Assembly: GCF_000018105.1 (NCBI RefSeq)
Contig: NC_009925.1
Coordinates: 4,260,001 to 4,292,000, forward strand
Length of the DNA stretch: 32,000 nucleotides
Direction of reading: 5' to 3'
DNA from: Acaryochloris marina MBIC11017
GTDB lineage: Bacteria; Cyanobacteriota; Cyanobacteriia; Thermosynechococcales; Thermosynechococcaceae
Part shown: piece after piece, positions 25,499 through 32,000 of the stretch
Layout of the letters: each line of letters begins with the position of its first letter
Position numbering within the stretch: position 1 is the first letter of the stretch
Translations under genes and position numbers: made by a program
The notes under the pieces: generated by a model
The model's database searches: none
Told to the model about the DNA's origin: nothing
Seen by the model: the letters and a program-made list of their open reading frames with translations, nothing else

Positions 25499-27241
25499 AT
25501 GCGTCAATCATTTCAGCTTAATTTTGAGCATGAGTTGGAATCTCCAATTGAAAGCTTGAATGACCTGAAAGTTGGTTCAACCTCACAAGCATCTGTCGAT
25601 ATCAAAAGTGACAATATTGATATTGCCCCGCAGCAAATCCTAGAACTTTCTGAGTTAGGTACTAAAGTCAATCTTCCTGATATTCAGACTTTTATCTCGA
25701 TACCACTTTTTTCGTCTGAGCCATCTACACAAGACACTACATTAGAAGAAAATGTGGGAACTCAAGCCCCAAAGACGCTAGAAAGTGGTTATTGCTGTTT
25801 ATGTACTGCTTGCGGAACTGCACATAGCCATGGTGCAAGGTTTCAGACAGGTGGATCGTTCGCTCAATTTAATGACAGTGGCGGACGATTCAAATGGAAC
25901 CAGCCTGGAGGAAGCGGGAACGCAGTCAATATTACATACAGCTTTGCACCTAGTTTTCAATTAAATGGGTTATCGAATAACGAAGCAAGATCGCTCTTCC
26001 GCGAGGCTCTGGGCGTTTGGGCAAAGTATGCTCCATTAAATTTTCAAGAAGTTCAAGATCCTGGCAATGGAAGCGACGTTGATATCCGGGTCGGAGCTGA
26101 GTTTATTGATGGTCGTAGTGGTACCTTGGCCTTCGCATTTTTCCCGCGAGGCGGTGATCAAACCTACGATACTGGCGAAACTTGGAATGCTGGCTTATTT
26201 CTAGAAACCGCTGTTCATGAAACGGGCCATAGTCTTGGTCTTGGGCATGAATCGGGAGTGGATGCGATTATGAATCCCTCAATTCAGCGGCGGTTTAGTG
26301 GGGCGGGCACTGCGTTCTTGCTACAGGATGATATCAATGGTGTTCACAGCCTCTATGGCAGTGGTACAGGATCTGTTAGTCCCCTATCACCTTCTCCGAC
26401 TCCAGTCCCGGCTCCGGCCCCAGCTCCAGCTCCAGCTCCAGCTCCGGCTCCAGCCCCAGCCCCAGTGCCAACACCCACCCCGACTCCGACTCCAACACCA
26501 ACACCGACTCCAACACCGACTCCATCACCAAGCCCAACACCAACTCCATCACCGAGTCCTACGCCTGGTGACAACCGGATTGATGGCACCAATCGGAATG
26601 ATGTCTTACGGGGTGGCTCCCGTAATGATGTGATTCGGGGATTTGGTGGTAATGATTTGATCAGTGGTCGAAGGGGAAATGATCGCCTCTTTGGGGGAAG
26701 TGGCAACGATCGTATGTTTGGTGGCTCAGGTAACGATGTGATGTCTGGCGATGGTGGTAGCGATCGTATGAGTGGTGGCTCGGGTAATGACCGTATGTTT
26801 GGCGGCTCAGGCAATGACCGTATCGACGGCAACTCGGGCAACGATGTATTGAATGGTGGCTCAGGCAATGACTCTCTGTTTGGGGGAAATGGTCGCGATC
26901 GATTAATTGGTGTCAATATCAGTGATGCTAAACCCGGTGTCGGAGAGATTGATTTCCTGCGAGGGGGAAGAGATGCAGATGTCTTTGTCTTGGGAGATAG
27001 CCAAAAGGTTTATTATGCTGACGGTCCAGCAACCAGTAATTATGCTGTGGTGCAGGACTTCACACCCAATCAGGGAGATGTATTGCAACTGAATGGCTCA
27101 GCCAGCGATTACTCATTAGGGGTTTCACAGCCCAGTGGAACCGCCCTGATTTATGAAGGGGGGAGTTCTCGTGAAGTCATCGCGATTATCCAAGGTGCGA
27201 CTAACTTCAGTCTGAACAGTAGTGCGGTCCGGTACGTGTAG
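25499..27241 (+). CDS. secreted zinc metalloprotease (matrixin/M10-like) with Pro-Ala/Pro-Thr linker and RTX calcium-binding repeats
   Basis: AGGAGG lies 6 nt upstream of the [15 protein letters not shown] zinc site followed by IMNPS (Met-turn). (PA)n(PT)n linker. About 9 GGSGND-type nonapeptide repeats. No N-terminal signal peptide, which is consistent with type I secretion. Confidence 0.88.
   Translation: MRQSFQLNFEHELESPIESLNDLKVGSTSQASVDIKSDNIDIAPQQILELSELGTKVNLPDIQTFISIPLFSSEPSTQDTTLEENVGTQAPKTLESGYCCLCTACGTAHSHGARFQTGGSFAQFNDSGGRFKWNQPGGSGNAVNITYSFAPSFQLNGLSNNEARSLFREALGVWAKYAPLNFQEVQDPGNGSDVDIRVGAEFIDGRSGTLAFAFFPRGGDQTYDTGETWNAGLFLETAVHETGHSLGLGHESGVDAIMNPSIQRRFSGAGTAFLLQDDINGVHSLYGSGTGSVSPLSPSPTPVPAPAPAPAPAPAPAPAPAPVPTPTPTPTPTPTPTPTPTPSPSPTPTPSPSPTPGDNRIDGTNRNDVLRGGSRNDVIRGFGGNDLISGRRGNDRLFGGSGNDRMFGGSGNDVMSGDGGSDRMSGGSGNDRMFGGSGNDRIDGNSGNDVLNGGSGNDSLFGGNGRDRLIGVNISDAKPGVGEIDFLRGGRDADVFVLGDSQKVYYADGPATSNYAVVQDFTPNQGDVLQLNGSASDYSLGVSQPSGTALIYEGGSSREVIAIIQGATNFSLNSSAVRYV
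26389..26566 (+). repeat. coding hexanucleotide microsatellite (CCNGCN / CCNACN) encoding the PAPAPA...PTPTPT linker
   Basis: Runs such as ccggctccggccccagctccagctccagctccggct, then ccgactccgactccaacaccaacaccgact. They produce spurious ORFs in other frames. Confidence 0.85.
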
Positions 27242-27746
27242 GTAATCGCCGATAGGGGCCATCGGGTCTCGATTCAGTAAGACTGGCTGGAGTAACGAAT
27301 CTTATACATTGGTTTGCTACTCCAGCAATATGGATAGTTTGTGGAAATGTTTAACCCCTGTGAAAGACGGGCTCTGATAGAGTCGAGAGGGTCTTTATAA
27401 GATTTTCTTATAAGCTTTGGTCTTGACCTTCAAGGTAACTTTAACGATTAACTTGTGTATACGTTCTGTTCAAGAACTGATGGGTTCCCCGACTGAGATA
27501 GCACCTTGTCATGAAAAAACCGATAGTTCACCCCCATGCTTCTGTCAAAAATCCTCTATGGTCTGATTTAGATCGATACTGTGCATCATTGAGTATGGCT
27601 AGTGCTCTTGTTGTGATCATTTTGGCTCCTGTAACCTGTGATGCTTGGCAGCGTGGCCATACAGACACGCTTGTGTATTCTGGCGAGACGACGAGTCTTC
27701 CAATCAGAAGCCATACAATATGAGTCTTTGCAGTATCCCCAGCTTA

Positions 27747-28613
27747 TTAGGAATGGGCTGAGGATTTAGAAGATGACGCCTCCTCATCCCCACTACTTAG
27801 CAAGGGTGAATACATCATGAGTGCGTGGTTCTCAGTAATAAATTCATCTGGGAAAACCTCATCGGTCAATACATGACGTTTTTTCCGAAAAATCTGGTTG
27901 TGGCGCATATATCGACCAGCAACAGGACCCGTAATTTGGTGATTGCGCTCCAAGACGTCGTAATGATAGGGACATTTTGTATCCGATCGCAGCTCGCCAC
28001 ATAGGTCTGTGTCCGTTAACCAGAGACATAGTTGAAAGGGTTGGTGAGTGTTGTTTTCTAGCTGTAAATCAATATAGTTATAGGCGACCGTTGCCCCACT
28101 GCCAAAGGGAAGGGAACGATTGAGATCGGGAAAGACATCATAGCTGTGTCGCCAGCGTTCTTTAATGGTTAGGGGAGAATGTAGAGCCATCCAATATATC
28201 AGATTGGCTAACTGGCACAGTCCACCTCCATACCCTGATTTCACTTGGCCATTGTTCAAGGTCATACCCAGTTTGAAGCCGCGTCGTTTGGTGGGATTGC
28301 CGACTAAATACCAAAAGGAGAAAACCTCTCCGGGATAAATGATGACTGGGTTGATGCAGTTAATGGCTAGCTGTAAATTAGTGACTTTGTTGTGCTGTAG
28401 CCACATGTCTACATCTTTAAGTTGACGTAGTAAAAAAGACTGATGGGAAAATACTGTGATCGGTAAGCGATTGGCCCCTTTGGGGACTGCAAACTTTGTC
28501 CCTGAAAACTGCCATTCCCACTTTCGTTTTTGAATGTAATATTGTCGACCTAGCAATAATCTCAGGCGAGTGCGTTGCTGAGGCTGGGGCTGTTGAAGGT
28601 AGTTCACAGGCAA
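27747..28613 (-). CDS. VanW family protein
   Basis: VanW-domain motifs PGEVFSFW, GYGGGLCQLANLIYW and LPFGSGATVAYNYIDLQ. Start uncertain (TTG at 28613). Confidence 0.78.
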   Translation of the reverse strand: MPVNYLQQPQPQQRTRLRLLLGRQYYIQKRKWEWQFSGTKFAVPKGANRLPITVFSHQSFLLRQLKDVDMWLQHNKVTNLQLAINCINPVIIYPGEVFSFWYLVGNPTKRRGFKLGMTLNNGQVKSGYGGGLCQLANLIYWMALHSPLTIKERWRHSYDVFPDLNRSLPFGSGATVAYNYIDLQLENNTHQPFQLCLWLTDTDLCGELRSDTKCPYHYDVLERNHQITGPVAGRYMRHNQIFRKKRHVLTDEVFPDEFITENHALMMYSPLLSSGDEEASSSKSSAHS

Positions 28614-28731
28614 GTTTCGCGATTGAAATCTTGTCTTAGTGATAGCAAGGCTAGGGTGGGTTAGCTGTGATCTTTAACAGCAAGATATAGATCAGCACTT
28701 TTTTGACAATGGCTGCTCCTATCGTCTGACG

Positions 28732-29529
28732 TTACTGTCCTAGATAGGCTTCTAGCACTTCTTTGTTGGATTGGATCTCTGCGGGGGTGCCTTCGGCTAG
28801 ATTTTGTCCCTCGGCCAATACCCAGACGCGATCGCACAGGGACATAATCACATCCATATTGTGCTCGATGATCAGGAAAGTAATGCCGTTGTCATTCCAT
28901 CGATTGATATGGCCACAGATTTGCTGAATCAAAGTAGGGTTCACTCCCGCAGCGGGCTCATCCAGCAGCATCAGCTTGGGGTCTGCCATTAGACCGCGAG
29001 CCATTTCCAACAGCTTGCGCTGACCGCCGGAGAGGGCACCCGCATAGTCATTCACCTTGGCGGCTAAGCCCACGGATTCCAGAATGATATGGGCTTTTTC
29101 CTTTAGCTCTTTTTCTTGCCGACGGATGATATGGGCTTGGAAAAAGGTATTTTGCAGTTTTTCCCCGGTTTGGTGGGGGGCGGCCAGCAGCATATTCTCT
29201 AAAACCGAGAGCCGAGACAGAACGCGGGCCACTTGAAAGGTACGAATCATGCCCTGGAGGGCAATTTTATGGGGCTGCAGACGCTCGATGGGCCGACCGT
29301 TGAAAATAATCCGACCTTGGTCTGAGGGAATGAAGTTGCAGAGCAAATTAAATAGAGTGGTTTTCCCGGCACCGTTAGGACCGATTAACCCGATAATCTT
29401 GCCTTCGGGGACATGGAGTTCAGCATTATTCACAGCTTGGATACCGCCAAAGGCTTTGGAGAGTCCCTGGGCGGTCAACAGCATTTTTTCTGGTTGGACT
29501 GGAGGGGCGGGCTGGCGCTTATCTTCCAA
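28732..29529 (-). CDS. ABC transporter ATP-binding protein, LivG/NatA-type (branched-chain/neutral amino acid uptake family)
   Basis: Walker A GPNGAGKTT, signature LSGGQRKLLEMAR, Walker B LMLLDEPAAG, H-loop IIEHNM. Overlaps the upstream permease gene by 11 nt. Confidence 0.88.
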   Translation of the reverse strand: MEDKRQPAPPVQPEKMLLTAQGLSKAFGGIQAVNNAELHVPEGKIIGLIGPNGAGKTTLFNLLCNFIPSDQGRIIFNGRPIERLQPHKIALQGMIRTFQVARVLSRLSVLENMLLAAPHQTGEKLQNTFFQAHIIRRQEKELKEKAHIILESVGLAAKVNDYAGALSGGQRKLLEMARGLMADPKLMLLDEPAAGVNPTLIQQICGHINRWNDNGITFLIIEHNMDVIMSLCDRVWVLAEGQNLAEGTPAEIQSNKEVLEAYLGQ

Positions 29530-30955
29530 GGGTGAGTTCCTCCTTTTTACCCAGCAGACCTTGGGGTCGCCACATCATCAAAACAATTAACATTAGGCCA
29601 ATCACCATGACCCGAAAAGCCCCCAATCGCGCATCATCTAGGGGCAGGATATTGGGCAAGATAAACCGAGTCACCTCATTGTAGGCCCAGAAAATTCCAG
29701 CTCCCAGCAGGGTGCCCACGTTATTGCCTGCGCCTCCAGCCACAATAATAATCCAGGCTTGGAAGGTGAGGAGGGGAATAAAACCATCGGGGTTAATAAA
29801 GGTGAGCTGCCAGGCATAAAACGATCCAGCAATACCTGCGATCGCACCGCCTAACATAAAGGACTGCAGCTTGTAGCGAAAGACATTTTTACCCAGGGCT
29901 TTGGCGACTTCCTCATCTTCTCGGATCGAGGTTAATACTCGACCCCACGGTGAATTGACCCAGCGCTCCAACTGCCAAAAGACCAGGGCAATGGTCAAAA
30001 TCAGCAGCCATAGCAGTCCTGCTTTGTAGGTGTAGTCGATAATGCCCATGATGTGAACCCCAAAAAACATCACCACTAATCCCATTCCCATGGAAACGGC
30101 GAGTAGGCTGAGGTGGGTCCCCATGGACTGGGTGCGGAGTTGCTGCAAGGGTTGCCGACAGGACGCATAGACCAGAATAACCCCCACAATTCCTAGGGGC
30201 GCGACCATGGCGAACCGCATCATCAGCAAGACGATTTCCTGTAACGCTGACGGCAGCTCAATGGTGAGGCTGAGGGAAAAGGAAAACCACCAGCAGGCGG
30301 CAACGCCAACTAAGCAGAGGACATAGCCGACAAATAGCGGGGGAGACAAGGGGGGACGACCATCCCGTTGAGGCTGCTGTAGAAGCCATTGCCATAGTCG
30401 CCACAGGGCCAGCCCCAAGACCAAGACTAAGGAGGCAATCATCCCTCCTTGAATCACCAGATTAGGCTCTAGTTTCTCTAAGGGTAGGGGATAGTTAAAG
30501 ACGCCTCGCGGTCCTCGGGTCAGCCATTCTTCATTGACGGCCACCAAGCGAACAACCTCCGAGACGCCAATGGTGACAATGGACAGGTAATCTTCCCGGA
30601 GTCGTAGCGTACTGGTGCCGATGGCTAATCCCAGTAGTGCCGCTAACAAAGCCCCGGTCAGCACGGCAATCACTAAAGGAACCTGTTCCGGCAGGACATC
30701 CCCTAGAAAGTTCAACATAGAGGCCAGCCCCTCTTGGTTGGCAATCGCTGGATATTGCTCCATCAGCCGCTGGGGCATTTCTTTGATGAAGTTGGGTAGG
30801 GTCAAGGCAATGGTGGTGTAGGCTCCAATCGCCATAAAGGCAATATGACCAAAGTTAATGAGCCCGGTATAACCCCACTGTAAATTCAGTCCTAGACTGA
30901 ATAGAGCATAAATGGTGGTGAACAGCGCCAGAGAAACAAAATAGCCAACTTCCAT
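29519..30955 (-). CDS. ABC transporter permease, LivM/NatC-type, with a long internal hydrophobic insertion
   Basis: Polytopic membrane protein. Has the LivM-type motif SIREDEEVAKALGKNVFRYKL. N-terminal GYTGLINFGHIAFMAIGAY. Confidence 0.85.
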   Translation of the reverse strand: MEVGYFVSLALFTTIYALFSLGLNLQWGYTGLINFGHIAFMAIGAYTTIALTLPNFIKEMPQRLMEQYPAIANQEGLASMLNFLGDVLPEQVPLVIAVLTGALLAALLGLAIGTSTLRLREDYLSIVTIGVSEVVRLVAVNEEWLTRGPRGVFNYPLPLEKLEPNLVIQGGMIASLVLVLGLALWRLWQWLLQQPQRDGRPPLSPPLFVGYVLCLVGVAACWWFSFSLSLTIELPSALQEIVLLMMRFAMVAPLGIVGVILVYASCRQPLQQLRTQSMGTHLSLLAVSMGMGLVVMFFGVHIMGIIDYTYKAGLLWLLILTIALVFWQLERWVNSPWGRVLTSIREDEEVAKALGKNVFRYKLQSFMLGGAIAGIAGSFYAWQLTFINPDGFIPLLTFQAWIIIVAGGAGNNVGTLLGAGIFWAYNEVTRFILPNILPLDDARLGAFRVMVIGLMLIVLMMWRPQGLLGKKEELTLGR

Positions 30956-31136
30956 AGGCTTGGGAGGGGGTAAAAGCGCGGGTGCGCCGCCTAAATCAAC
31001 GTCTTCAGGATTTTATCAGGCTAGGGGATATTTCCTCTGCTCAGAAATGCTAAAGCCCATCCGAATATTTGGTCACCTTTTCAGGCCACACGCTATGGTT
31101 TAATCATCAACAAATCATTGCACTCAGGAACGATAT

Positions 31137-32000
31137 ATGGATGCAGCCGCCCTTTGGCAACGCTATCAAGACTGGCTTTATTACCACGAGCAGCTGGGTA
31201 TCTATGTAGACATCAGCCGCATGAGTTTTGATGATGCATTCGTGGAACGCTTGGAGCCTAAGTTTGTAAAGGCGTTCAAAGAAATGGATGCCCTGGAAGC
31301 GGGTGCGATCGCAAATCCTGACGAAAATCGCATGGTGGGCCATTATTGGCTCCGAGACTCCAATCTCGCCCCCACTCCTGAATTAAAAAAAGAAATTATT
31401 ACCACCTTAGAAAAAATAGAAGCCTTTGCGGCAGATGTTCATGCCGGACGGATCAAGCCCGCCACCGCCCCTCGCTTTACCGACGTGATTTCCATTGGCA
31501 TTGGTGGGTCTTCTTTGGGACCTCAGTTTGTGTCTCAGGCCTTGGCCGTGCTCCATCCTGCTTTAGAGCTGCATTTTATCGATAATACCGATCCAGCGGG
31601 CATCGATTATATTTTGGACCGGGTCCAAGATCGCCTAGATACTACCCTCGTAGTTACCATTTCTAAGTCTGGCGGTACACCTGAAACGCGCAATGGCATG
31701 TTAGAAGCGAAAAACCGCTTCAAAAATTTGGGATTAGATTTTCCCAAACATGCTGTTGCCGTTACCGGGTATGGCAGTAAACTGGCCCAAATTGCTGAAG
31801 AGGAGGGCTGGTTAGCCATGCTCCCCATGCATGACTGGGTTGGCGGACGAACCTCTGAACTGTCTGCGGTGGGCTTGGTGCCCGCTTCCTTGCAGGGCAT
31901 TGCTATTCGGGAGATGCTGGCCGGGGCCAAAGCCATGGATGAAGCCACCCGCGTGCATGATCTCAAAACCAATCCTGCTGCCTTGTTAGCCTTGTCTTGG
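31137..32000 (+). CDS. pgi: glucose-6-phosphate isomerase (5' part; continues beyond the window)
   Basis: ATG at 31137, open to the window end (288 codons): [29 protein letters not shown]...[11 protein letters not shown]...[15 protein letters not shown]...[15 protein letters not shown]. Absent from the ORF track because there is no stop in the window. Confidence 0.92.
   Translation, partial: MDAAALWQRYQDWLYYHEQLGIYVDISRMSFDDAFVERLEPKFVKAFKEMDALEAGAIANPDENRMVGHYWLRDSNLAPTPELKKEIITTLEKIEAFAADVHAGRIKPATAPRFTDVISIGIGGSSLGPQFVSQALAVLHPALELHFIDNTDPAGIDYILDRVQDRLDTTLVVTISKSGGTPETRNGMLEAKNRFKNLGLDFPKHAVAVTGYGSKLAQIAEEEGWLAMLPMHDWVGGRTSELSAVGLVPASLQGIAIREMLAGAKAMDEATRVHDLKTNPAALLALSW

Noticed and set aside
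26389-26900. Possible CRISPR array or other non-coding tandem repeat
   Set aside because: The repeat unit is 6 nt (linker) or 27 nt (RTX nonapeptides) with no spacers, and it lies inside an intact reading frame. No CRISPR-like repeat-spacer structure was seen anywhere in the window.
26298-26916. ORFs 26298-26633 (+) and 26353-26916 (-), which give LQLQ / GVGVGV / LPEPP repeat peptides
   Set aside because: They are alternative readings of the Pro-Ala/Pro-Thr microsatellite and the RTX repeats of the metalloprotease gene. The main frame has a strong ribosome-binding site and catalytic motifs.
27511-27723. 70-aa + strand ORF between the protease and the VanW gene
   Set aside because: It has an ATG but no Shine-Dalgarno sequence and no recognisable motif, and its composition is unremarkable. 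It cannot be supported from sequence alone.
31107-31972. Minus-strand ORFs 31107-31343 and 31607-31972
   Set aside because: They are antisense to an unmistakable pgi reading frame that runs from 31137 to the window end.

Overview
This is a cyanobacterial chromosomal segment. Evidence: HIP1 octamers (GCGATCGC) and the housekeeping genes cobQ, mazG and pgi, plus a LivG/LivM-type ABC transporter, a VanW protein and a matrixin-RTX protease. It is interrupted by a ~16.0-kb integrative element inserted in the 3' half of a tRNA-Val(UAC) gene. Perfect 49-bp direct repeats bound the element (7504-7552 and 23487-23535). Left to right it carries: (1) a tyrosine integrase; (2) three unknown genes, one Xis/AlpA-like; (3) a 1019-aa DnaG/Toprim plus P-loop primase-helicase whose 3' end holds about ten copies of an 11-bp iteron-like motif; (4) a RuvC-like resolvase; (5) terS-like and terL genes, with no portal, capsid or tail genes, so the layout is phage-satellite-like; (6) a cargo region with two compact toxin-type cassettes; (7) IS debris; (8) a divergent switch with three related palindromic operators next to attR. 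The first cassette is four tightly packed genes on the + strand ending in a HEPN protein and a zinc-ribbon ORF with an in-frame stop. The second is on the - strand: a RelE/ParE-like toxin overlapping a 337-aa unknown partner, downstream of a membrane-anchored protein. Paired 13-bp-spaced TGGCCGGA(A) repeats lie inside both element ends and look like arm-type recombinase sites. The best candidates for an undescribed system are the satellite-like element as a whole and its two cargo cassettes. All functional calls come from by-eye motif recognition; no database search was run.
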